A DNA stretch of 64,000 nucleotides from NCBI GenBank assembly GCA_043228905.1, contig JBHGNT010000006.1:5208001-5272000 (forward strand). The letters run 5' to 3'. This document shows positions 1-12,047 of this stretch, in pieces. Made by a program: the position numbers and the translations under genes. The DNA is from Azolla caroliniana (taxonomy: Eukaryota > Plantae > Polypodiophyta). How positions within the stretch are numbered: position 1 is the stretch's first letter; every line of letters starts with the position of its first letter. The notes beneath the pieces are model-generated. The model ran no database searches. It worked only from the letters and a program-made list of their open reading frames with translations, and was not told the origin of the DNA.

Positions 1-668
1 CCATTGGATTTCTGAAATTGAGTCCATTTGAATGGTGACCATATCACAACATATTCTATTGTAATTTTTGGTTATAATGGGGTTTAAAAACCAAAGAGCT
101 TCACATTAAAGCATTTATTCATCACCCTCAGACAACATCCTAGGGATGATGACCCTTTGTAGAAATAGTTTACAAGTATTTCTTTGATTGTGATCCATGT
201 GTTGCAAAGGTTCAGTGTCATAACCTTTGAATTGTGTGTTCAAGCTGGTTCTGGATTTTTTTGTGCACACAAGGTAGTCAAGGAGAAATTTGCTTGCAAA
301 TTCTCATGGTGATCATAGATTGATGCCTGGATTGTTTGCTTTATGACTATGTTTTGGAAGGGAGGTGCTCGCATTGTAAGCATCTGGGTCCATGTGTTTC
401 TTCAGGAAATGTTAGAATGCTTGAGCTTTTGTTCTATGGTTGCTTTTGTCGTTCCACTTGTATCCTAAAACAGAATTTCTAAGACCAAAAAGGTTAAAAG
501 TCTTGATTCTTCCTCATGTGCTATTGATTAGACTCTCAATAATTATTCCTTGTTTTTTCATTTCATCTGAATTATAGATCAGGTTATGTAGGAATAAAGG
601 ATAGAATTCCTGATTGCTATTACCATCTTCTTTGAAAGTGATATAATGGTTGGAGTTTGCTCACTCAG

Positions 669-1568
669 GTGGCATCTTCTCATTGCGACTGACCTTTGGT
701 GAAAACTATCCAGAAAAACCTCCGAGAGTCCGATTTACATCTGAAGTATTCCATCCCAATGGTAAGTAAAAACATTCTACTTGGGTTGTGAAATTAATGT
801 TCTCTAATTAAAGAAGCCATTATTCTCCTCAGGCATAAAAGATAACATTCTCTACTTAAAAAAGCCATCTTTTTAACTCGTGCAACCTTGTGCTTATTTG
901 ACTGATATGAGGATGAACTACTTTTTCTTGCAGTATATACGGATGGTACTTTATGTATGGACATTATTCAGGATGCTTGGTCTCCATGCCATAATGTGTC
1001 AACAATTCTTACTTCTATTCAGGTAACCTCTTTGATTTTCAAGAAATGCCAGTGGGAAATGTTTTTCCATGTTTCAAATCTATTTTAAATATGCTGCCTT
1101 TTGGTTTTTGGTGAAACAGTCCCTTTTAACTGATCCCAATCCGGCAAGTCCTGCTAATCCAGGAGCAGCCCATTTGTATCAAAATGATATTAAAATGTAT
1201 AACAGGTAAATTAAGAATCTAGCTTTCTGTAGATATTGTTACTCATATGAATATCATACATGATATTGCAAAGCCAAAATTGTTCTGTGAATCCTAGCAT
1301 TTCTTTATACATCTTCAGACAGATGCATCATACATGTCATCCATTACTTCATAATCATCTATTACTTCATAAGCATTGAAGGATAGATACTTCATAGATA
1401 TATACGTAATTGGTAATGTATGTGTATGCATGTAGATATAAGCACAAGCATACAATCTCATATATACATACATGTAGATATAAGCACAAACATTATTGTC
1501 TTATTGTGGTGTGTGTTCTCCTACACAGGAAAGTAAGGCAATGTGTACGCAAGTCAGTGGAGCAGTAA
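669..1568 (+). CDS. Ubiquitin-conjugating enzyme E2, RAD6/UBC1-3-like (5' exons outside the window or not located)
   Basis: GT-AG exons 669-761, 934-1022, 1120-1205 and 1529-1568 splice in frame to [102 protein letters not shown]. The HPN motif, catalytic Cys and DPNPxSPAN motif are present. Confidence 0.93.
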
Positions 1569-4396
1569 TACATATTCTTATTCTTATTGAATATGTTTGT
1601 CCAGAGGGTCTGCTGATCTAATTTCATAGCTCTTTGTTATTGCATTTCAATTGTACAGTTCATAATTGTAGCTTGCCCCAGACTCAACAAAATTAATGGT
1701 ACCCTTAGTGATCCATCAATCTGGATTAATTTCTATAGACTGAATCCATAAAAAGTAATGCTTGTACATGTCATGTCAATCAAGATTGAAAATATTGAAT
1801 GTATACATTCAGAAGATGACTATCCTAACATCTTATGTATGTGTGCCAATCGATTCCATGTTACTTCCTATTTTATATATGATTACCAGTGCTCTTCATG
1901 CTTGCTTTTGTTCATCTGTAGGGATTGTGAATGTTGAAAGTGAGTGCTAACATTCCCTTGACAGTATGTCATCTTTTATGTAATCAGACATTTTTGTATG
2001 TTGAAAATATCAGCATCCCATTACATAAAAGACTAATTATATTGTTAAGAGTTACTCTTTACTTGTTCCCCCTGTTAAAGGCTTGTCTTTGTTGGAAACT
2101 AGTGATGACACAATTATTGAAGTAAACTAGTACAACCTCATCTACATTAAATTACTGCATTAAAAATAGGTAGCCACGAAAAACTTAGGTGAGACTAGTG
2201 TCAAGAAGATTTGGATGGAAGTAAATGTCAACTAGTGAAAAGGTAGTAATTTTCAGCTTGGGGTTGAGAATAGATGGGCATTGATTGTGGTTTTAACTAT
2301 TTTGGTAGTGGAAGTATGGTTGATGGTTGAGCTTTTAAGAAGCTTCACGAGTGAATGGATGATTTGGTCTCTTTTCTTCTTTGGAGGCATATCCTCTGTA
2401 TTAGCAATGTGAAAGTGATAGAAGGCTTATATCTCATTGAATTGAAACATGAATAATTGAAAATCAGTGGGTTTTGAACTTATTATACAAAAATTATGAT
2501 TTTCACGATGTCTCCCTACATGTTTAACAATTTTGACTGAAATAAATATCCATCCATATTAACAATGATTATAAAATGCAAAAATGGTAAGAGATTTTAA
2601 GTCAATTGTTATTATATGCAAAAGAGGAATCAGATTAATGTCAAGCTTTTCATGTAAATCCATCTTAATGTGTACTCTCCCATCAGCACCAGAGTCGATT
2701 ATAGGCACAATTTCTTCTCTTCATGGATCAATATTGGCCTCTCTATGGGCGCTAAAAAATATCTAATCTAATATCTAGAACCACCTTTAAAGCTCCCTTT
2801 CATGATTTAATCCGCACTTACCCTCAATAGTCCCTCCACCATTAACTCGATCAATGTCCATTTTCTCCTTTCACGAGGTCTGTCAAAGTGTCCACAATCC
2901 AGAAGCGATCTTCATCTTCAATATCCTTCTCAAATTCCACAAGTACATCCATTTCTCTCAGTTGGACATATAAAGCCTTCGCAGGACCTCTAATGATCAT
3001 CTTTAACACTTTATCAAGATTTTCATTACCTCAACCATAAAATTGGCTATCGACAGCCTCATAAACATTGTATGTGACATTGGTCGCAGACCCAGACTGC
3101 ACTCCTTTGATCTCAGCATAAATAGATGTTGACCGTAAATCATTTTCCCCCTTCCACAAACGCAGATCTTGATTGAATAGACATTTGATCGTAGATCACT
3201 TCTCCCAATCTCCTTAATTCTTTCCCATGTTACCTATACCCATCAACGACCTTTATCAGCTGGTGAATCTATCTCTGTAGGAATAATGTGTCCTTTAGGG
3301 TTTTTTCTAATTGGATACACATGGTGCGATCTTCCAATCATGTTGAACAGGCAGTGAGTTACTTGAACCTTGCTTCAACTTCAGAAGTTCTCTTGACCAT
3401 GCAAAGGAACCCCCTTTTTGTTCTGGAATTAAGAAACCATAATCAAACCGTTGTGACAGTAATGTATTTTATATATGAATTGAGTGGGCACTCGATCTTC
3501 TTGGTTGGTTGCAAGCACGAACTCTAACATATGAACAACCTTCTCACAAGCTTGTCTATTTCTCTTCATCGTTGCTTCTTTTATTTTTCTGTTCTCCCAC
3601 TTCCACTTACACATCCATATCCATATTGGAGAGGAGCCTCAAACAAGATTCGAAATGCTAAGAAGAACAATTCTCTATACATTTTCAGATTCCTTAAGAA
3701 TGGTATCGAAATCAAACTACCCCATTCATTGACAAACATAATATTGCTGACCACAGTTTTTCCAATCTTTAATGCGGCCCATGTTGAGAGGGATACTGAA
3801 TGATGTCTTGAATCTTAGGATAGTAGGAGGCACAATAGTCAAAATTCTCATTTCAATGACGAAGTATGAATCCCCAGAACTTTCCATAGGGGAAGGAATT
3901 GTATTGGGCAAAGCAGAGCAGCTGTAGCACAATTGTTTAGGCAAGTTAGATGCCAGTTGAAAATCAATGAGGGCTTCTTTGAGTTCTCTGCCTAAGATGA
4001 AGGATTAGATGTCCCAAAACTTATGACAGAGGTTATTCTATTATGCTTATATGCAGATGATGATGAGCTCTTCTCATATAATCTGGAAGTTATGCACCGG
4101 TTGGTGTCTTAGAAACATTTTGTAAAAGTAGTGAGATAACAGAGAATGTGGACAACATGAAAATGATGGTAATAAGGACCCATCCAACCAAGAAACTACC
4201 ATATTTTGACATACAAGGGAGAACCAATATAATTAGCGCAACTAATATTGATGTCCCAGCAACAAACAATGGAGTGTATGCTATGAACCTAAACTTCAAA
4301 CAAGATGGAATGGTTATTTCGGAATCAATATTTAGAAATCAATGCAACCAAGTGTGCTCAGGGATGGAAAGTGAGATTGATGCTCATTACTGCTAT

Positions 4397-4990
4397 TGAT
4401 CCCACTTAGTGCATGGACAATCATGGTCAGTTCTCTTATAGCAAAGCTATTTAGATGTATAATGGAAGCTAAGTTAAGTGCATGGGCTGAAAAGAATGGT
4501 AAGACGGTTTACACAAGCTATTTCCAAAAACACTATAGCATCATTGATCACCTTGTCACAATTTGAGTGCTAATGGAAGAAAGTCATTTGAGAGTTAAAG
4601 GACTATATTATGTGTTCATAGACTTCAAAAAAGCTTTTTATATGCTGAATTGTAAGGATCTTTCAAGACACATGCAAGAACTTCAGGCATTAGGTGAATA
4701 GATGCTTGCAATCTCTTGAATCTAAACAAAGGTGATATGCATGTGCATATGAAGTTCAGATTTTTTCATCAGCACTACAGGTGTTAAGCAAGGATACCCA
4801 CTCTCACTCGCTCCCTTTGGTTTATGCATTGATAAAAAAAACAAATGGTTGATGAGTTTGTAAAGCAAGAACACATTAAAGAAGTTATCATTGGGAATAT
4901 AGTTATCATGTTTTTGTTATACAAAGTTGATGTAGTTCTTATTGCAAATACTTTAGAAGATACCCAAAAGCTTGTGTAATCGAAAACTTT
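4397..4990 (+). mobile_element. Degenerate non-LTR retrotransposon reverse-transcriptase fragment (RTE-X-like)
   Basis: Disrupted frames read TIMVSSLIAKLFRCIMEAKLSAWAEKNGKR, SIIDHLVT, FIDFKKAF, GVKQGYPLS and LLYKVDVVL (decayed YADD region). Contains stops and frameshifts. Confidence 0.8.
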
Positions 4991-5512
4991 TGTATGCACA
5001 CCCCATCCTACGTCTTGAGATTGAATCACTTCCCATTGATATCATGGCCATGGAAAGGATTATTGAGTACATGCTTATGGTTCAAAACAAAAAACTCACA
5101 TAAACTTTCTAAGATCACATGAGAAGCAAGTACAAAGATTGAAGAGACACACAAAAACAAGTTGGATTCGAGTTCAAGATGGATGGAAGATATGAATAAA
5201 TGGTTTGGAAATCGGATGCATCATGTTTGCTTCATGAAGCATCATTCAATTCCTCCATGATTGAGGCTTTTTTGAAACACCAATATATCACCGCTCGAGA
5301 AAGATGTGGAGGCTCAAGTTTCACACATTATATTATGCATGTTCCATCAAACTAAAAATCCATCTTCTCGAGCGGTCATCTATATCCTATCTTTTTGTTT
5401 GTCATCTATATCATTCCTGCCATACCAATTACTTCATATTCTCTTTGATGTGAAATGGGGCATTGGGACACAGGTAAGAAGACATGTCGTATATTTTTCT
5501 CTGAACAAGTTC

Positions 5513-5626
5513 AGGAGTGTAAGTGTTACCCTCTGAGACAACCTGCTGCCTTCGGCCAATTTGAATTGGCAGGTGTAAGTGTTACCCTCTGTGACAATGT
5601 GCTGCCTTCGGACAATTTGAATTTGC
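5513..5626. repeat. ~56-bp tandem duplication
   Basis: GTGTAAGTGTTACCCTCTG.GACAA..TGCTGCCTTCGG.CAATTTGAATT.GC occurs twice in tandem. Confidence 0.85.
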
Positions 5627-6643
5627 ATTCACACATTGTCAATCCTGTCCACTCCCTATGCACATTCCTCTCACAGTGCCCTCTCAATCCTATGTCAATT
5701 AGTAAAATTCTTCAGCATACTCAATTCCACACATATTACGTGACAATATTTCACTTTTGGTCCCATAGGCCATATTGGTCTCCAAAGAAGATAATAAAAT
5801 CTAAACCATTGGTTCCTAATGTTTTTATTTGTCACCAATGTTTGCCCATCATTGGCATATGCTTTTCATCAAGCCACTCTATGTGAATCAGGCATTAGAT
5901 AGGGAATCTACATTCTTTAGGAGGCCCAAGTTTGGAGAATTTGGAACAAACTCATCTATAAACTTTCCATCTAAGACATGATTCTTTCCTATATGTACCA
6001 AGCATGCCCAGAAACACTTCTCCATATTTCAAAAATTTAAGATAAAAGGTAATTTTGTTGTGGTAGGTATCTATCAATGCATGAAGACAAGAACTACTTA
6101 AATGGCTGAAGATTATTGAAATATTTCCTTTTGCCGAAAAATCAAGGGAAATGAGCTTCTGTAAATTTTCTTTTTCTCTTTCATTTGAACATAGCAATGA
6201 GAGTGTAATCGATATGCATGGCTGAATCAAGGGGTTAATACTTTCATTGCTGTCATCAAAGCAAGATTATTCTTAAATGGGTTCACTATTCACCAAGGAT
6301 ATTTTTAATACCTGGAAACTAGCAGGGGTATTGTCTGATACTCCAAAAGTATTGGAAGGATATCCTTTATGTTTTCCCTTTTAGTTTATAACATATATTC
6401 TCCAAATGAGCTTGAAATCAATCAGTATAATTTCCCATTTGAAGAGAAACTGACAAGTACTCCTTTTAACTCACATACCTTTTTTTTTAGTAACACTTTT
6501 ATTACTAGTGGGAAACCTCAAAGTGAGGCTTTTAACTCACATACAATATAATCGATGTGAACAATAATCCATACATAATGAATAGCCTTACATGACAGCA
6601 TATACATATATATATTTCCTTGTAGAAAGACTTTGGCAACTTG

Positions 6644-8470
6644 TCACACTAGTTTTGCGAGTTCCACATTATACACATTAGCCAAGTAATCTCCAAATCT
6701 TACCTCTTTATAACGTGCCGGTTGATGTTCACTTACCAATTCTTCAATAGGAGCAATATTTTCATCTTCTTTCGGCCCAAAAATGCAAGCTACCGACATC
6801 CGGGGTCTTTCTGAGTTGGTAAGCACAGTATGCTTGATACTTTTATATATTCCATTGCTCAATATCTACACATGCACTTTCATGTTTCAAAGAAACATCA
6901 TATAGACACATAAATATATATGCATTGAGATTTTCAATTATTGGATTCATGATGACATGTAATGGGCATGTGTTTTACAATGCATGAACCAAGAGGTAGG
7001 ATATACCTCTACTTGATCCCCGATGTTGACAACGAAGGCGTTTGCCAAGGGTTTGACTTGAACCCATTCGTTCTTCCTTTCGATCCATAGGCCGGCAACA
7101 TCATCTTGTAGAAGAATAGTGAGTGATCCTCCATCTGTGTGTGCAGTCGAACCATATGTAATGCTTGGATCTGGACATCGTGGGTAATAATTCACACACA
7201 TAGCAAGCCATGGTATACCAGGTAATGTCTTCTCTATGCAAATAGAGCTCAGACCCAAGCCTTCAAAAATGGCCTCATATAACTGTTTCGCAAGTCTTGC
7301 AACCTCATATCTAAAGTCTTGGAAAGCTCCTCTGAAACCAAAATAAGTCCAAATGGCAAAATCTCGTTTTTAAATTTTTTCCAGTGCCTGATGCTTCTTC
7401 CATTGTGAAAATTCTTGAGATGTTTCATAAAAGTGACCATTTCAAAGTAGATAGTAGTTATGCAATGTGTTTAACCATAATAGCATATGAATTAAATGGA
7501 TGCAGTTACCTTAAGCCCTTATTTTACTATTTAAATAGAGCATAATCAGAGTCAATAGGAAAATAATGCAAATCGTATTCATTAAAAACCCGTTGATGAG
7601 GGTATTTGAATAGACCTTAACTACATGAGTTGTAGAAGATTTGTAAATGCCTGCTCAAGAATCCCCTTATTCCATTACCTCCAAGTATTAGAACTTAATC
7701 ATAAGTAAATCATGATCACAAATAGAAAATTTCGAGATTTAAGCCTTGTAGTGGCACTATTGCTTTTAGAAAATGATAAATAAATAAATAATCCAGACAC
7801 GAATGAACCTATCTCGAGCCATAATATTGACTCCCAATGGTTTACTGTTCAGGTTCTAGGTTCTCAAATCCAGAATCTAGGGGTTTAGCGTTTCAGGTTT
7901 AAGGTTTTGCATCCCCATAACACCCAACATATGTAGAAAAAAAAACAAAATGCAACACAAAGTTGAGTATACAAAATGCGAGAAGGCATAAAAGAGGGTG
8001 AGATGAAACCGGCAAACATCTGGTGCGATTCCAAAACCATCAACGGGGTTTCCTGGGAAATCCCGCACATAAAGCACATCTTTCCAGTCATTGGCCTTCT
8101 CCTTGTCGGGATTAAAGCTTGTGGAGTAAGCTAATGGGTCATCGAAGCTCTGGCTCCTATAAATGTTCCTCATTTCTGGAGGCTGCTGGAAGAATCTTGA
8201 ACAAGATGCCCTCATCTCTATCATCACATCATGCGGCACTCCATGGTTAATAACCTGCAACAACAACAACAAAAGCATTGAACAGATCAATTAGATTTTT
8301 TCAGTACCGTTTTTGGAATGTTCTTGGACTAATTCTAGATCCCAATCACTTATAACATCGACATGGATTTATATGCAAATGGATCAAATGCTACTTTCAG
8401 GGAGGAGTGAATATGAAATATTAGGAGAGGCACCGGGAAATGAGAAAACCCGAGAGAAAATCCTACTCAA

Positions 8471-8501
<31 letters not shown>

Positions 8502-8941
8502 TGTATGTATGTATGTATGTATGTATGTATGTCATTCCCAATGAATGTATTGTATGTATTGTGCGTATATGTATATGACATTGTTATGAAAGAAAGAAAG
8601 TATGTATGGTGCGTGCCATGAAAGTGTGTATGCATGATGTACGTATGTGTTGCCATCGCTATGCATGCATGGAATTAAGTAGAGATAGATAATAATAAAA
8701 AAGAGTGTGCCTGGAAGAAGCCCCAATCAGTGCAAGCCTCTCTGATACGTTGAAGGATCAGATGTCTGTGATGTGAAGAGAAGAGGTCGGCGATGTCAAT
8801 GACGGGGATCTGGGCGGCACAATCATGTTGATGGATGAATCTTTCATGAGGAGGGCGGATATAAGAAGAAGGTACTGCGGAGAGACCACCTTCCAGGAGC
8901 TCCTGAAGACAAGGGGGTAAAGGTTCAGAGGCACAGTCCAT
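6644..8941 (-). CDS. 2-oxoglutarate/Fe(II)-dependent dioxygenase (DOXC class, DMR6/DLO-like)
   Basis: Exons 8941-8711, 8254-8010, 7331-7007 and 6865-6644 total 1023 nt (340 aa + stop). Motifs: IPVIDI, WGFFQ|VINHGV, STSFN..KEK..DW, NYYPRCP, HTD...H iron triad and RMS (RxS). Intron 1 needs a GC donor. Confidence 0.93.
8472..8531. repeat. (TATG)15 microsatellite in intron 1 of the dioxygenase
   Basis: Perfect tetranucleotide run. Confidence 0.97.
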
Positions 8942-8982
8942 GGAGGACAGGAAACAGAGACAGACAGACAGACGGAAAGAAT

Positions 8983-9004
8983 GGGGGGGGGGGGGGGGGG
9001 GGGG
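8983..9004. repeat. G22 homopolymer just upstream of the dioxygenase ATG
   Basis: Uninterrupted G run about 40 nt upstream of the start codon (poly-C on the coding strand), next to a TATA-like TATATAT. Confidence 0.9.
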
Positions 9005-12000
9005 ATATATATGTATACGAATTGAAGAAGAATCCTGCAGGTTGAAGGGACATTAGTGAGAAGATTTATGCTAGAAATTCATGAAGGCAAATCATCATGC
9101 ATATACTGTTATACATATGTATGCTGATTTCTGGAGGGAAGTCAATGAATGAATAGCCTTCTCTAAGCTTAATTGAGACAAGGAAATTCCATTGGCAATG
9201 ATATATCATATATGTATAGTTTGTCAAATTTAGTAGACTATTTATTTAGCATACTATAGTCCCCAAAGCCATGCAAGGCATAAGAAGATATACATATATC
9301 GAGTGATTTTATACGAATCGCTTTAGAAGAGTGTTCGATACATATAACCAACTATGCTCGATTAGCGTAATTTACCCATCAATGCTCATCAATTTTAGAT
9401 CTAATCTCTATCGTTTCTGACTAAGATTAACAATTAATTGAAGTTATTATCTAGCTCCCTAATCAATGCAAAACAAAATTATCTAATTAACAACACTATG
9501 TATTAAGCTTCAAATTTGTCAATATAGTAGTGCAAGCCCACTTTGTATAAGATCCATAGTTAGTAATCAGCGAGTTCCTTTCGAAATTATATCGTAAATG
9601 TATTTATTCCATGCATTAGATATCATTCAATCAACTATTCCCAAGGAAGTGTTGATTATGACACTATGTTCAACAAAACAAGGGAAAACAAGGGCAAGAA
9701 AGAAAACATGAGAGAGAGAAATATATATGTATCATCATCATCCACAAAACAATAACAACCTTGAGACCTAACAAAGATTAAAGTTGTTTATATGAACTCA
9801 CGATCACTAACAACAAAATGCAACATGTCTCTATTATTTTGCTTCCCATATTGAAATAACTTGAACATGACCAACATAGCAACCACCACCAAATTAACTT
9901 TGGTACCAAATCATGGGAATTGTAGCCCTTACAAGATATTCATCGTTTCCAATTATGGGTGATGATGGCTTTAATCTTCTTTCCAAGATTGATTCATTGA
10001 GATCGTGGTTTAGATTTATATCATTGACATAAACAACAAAGAGCAATGGCCCTATCCAATATTGATCCTCTAAGCAATTAATGCAAGTTGGTCTTCATAC
10101 GGACCAATATAGGAGAGAATGTTCTTATATTTAATACCACATGAAAAGGGGATAAAATAAATTCCCCATACATAAAAGGAAGTAAAAGTACCTTCAAATT
10201 TTGAGTATCCTAATATGGAGCTCACCAAGCAATATCTTATCATCTCATTTAGTGCCTACTTATTTATTTGCTTGTTGGCTCAACATAGCTCCCGTTAAAG
10301 TTCCATATAATTACATAGACTCCGCTTATTCATTCAACTTAAAATTCTGTATAGCAGACCACTATCACAAAAAGTAGTCATTGAGTGCATGCAAAGCATC
10401 ACAACTGATTCTATCATTACACTCAATAATCTATACAAAGGAGTTATCCAAAAGAAGAATGAGAATTTTAATCATAGCTATAGAAGTATCATCCATCGTT
10501 AAGATCACAAGGATCAAGTAAGTCTTTGTCTTGACCCAATGATCTTACATAATGGCAACGACCATAACACTCTTTACCCTTTATCATAAGGTTTGGGCAT
10601 CAACGCGACTAACTCCAACCTTGTCCTTTTATTAATTAAGCATCATAATAATATTTATTCAACCTTCATGAAAAAGAAAGTTTTCAATCCCAAGACCATC
10701 CACTTTCATTCAAATGCCTACATCTACATTGCACAAACTGAACTACTAGTGCCAATGAATACAATGGTTCTCATTTGTGCTTCAAGTCCTTTGCAACTAC
10801 AAAAGCACTATGCACATCCTCAATGCACACACAATCTAATTCCCCTAACCATGACGTGCACTTTCAATATTAACATCCATCTTTCCATTCCCCTTGCAAA
10901 ATAATATTGTTTGTATTTTATATTGCAAATGCTCTCTAATCATTGCCTATGTACTTCACACAAATGTGTTCATGGTCTTTATTAGTTGTTACCATGCCCT
11001 TGTTCACTTGTGTGATTCTAGTATTTTCAATGATACCAAGACCACATTCATGGATCAGTTTCACCAACTAAGAGTTCTGAGATTATATATTATCAGTTTT
11101 AAATCTTTGAAATTTCATCACGATCAATTTTTCATGAAATCATGAGAATTTGAGGGATACTAGGGAGTTTTCAGCTCGTTAAAATATGAGGGCTATACTA
11201 GGGATTCCATGAAAATGAGAGGTATTTTCGTGAGACTTTTTAGAAGGTGGAAATCTTCATCTAACTCTATTCATAAGGCAGATTCAAGCACATATTACAA
11301 GTCGGAAGGATGTAGACTAGTTGAAAAAGACGTGCACAAATTTGAAATTTATCTGCATTATAAATTATTACTCTGTATCACATGCACTATTCAAACCATA
11401 ATGCATATAAAGAATAGCATGCTCTTAAAAATAAAGCCTAAAGGTTTCATGGTTATCTTATTATTCTCATGTACACACTTTTGAATGGCAATTGTATTCT
11501 AATCAAACACCTCGGGTTTTTGGGGCACCTGTGTCAAAGTTTTTAAAAAAATCAAATCAGACACCCAAACAAAAGTTCACGACTGAGATAAAGCTCGATA
11601 CATCAACTAGGCTGACAAAGGACTTCCAGACTTAGCTTTTAAAGAAACTGTCGATGAACGGAAGAACTTGAATGAGTCACTTCCATTATGAAATTCCACA
11701 TAGTTTGGGTACAAAGGGATCGAAGCATATTTACTTGTATGCATCCTCTTTCTCAGTTTTGGAATGCTTTCAAAAGCAACACAAACACAAAGTTTGATAA
11801 TGGGCATGGCATTCTTCACCAAGCTGCAAGATGCAAACATTAGATTTTTCCTGATTTCATATGAAGTTGAAATCTTCAGAATGCCTGCGATGGATTTTAT
11901 GCCCAATAATGCCTCACATTAGGAATTGATTTGAGCTCGATGCCTTTTGCGGAGGTTTTGTATCATATATCTGAGAAAAAGAGAAATGACAACCATTCTT

Positions 12001-12047
12001 GAAGGTAAAGAAGAAATATGCAACCATAAATTCATCCCTTGTTGATG

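Noticed and set aside
7848-7910. Telomere-like TTTAGGG variants in dioxygenase intron 2
   Set aside because: Too short and degenerate to call an interstitial telomeric repeat.
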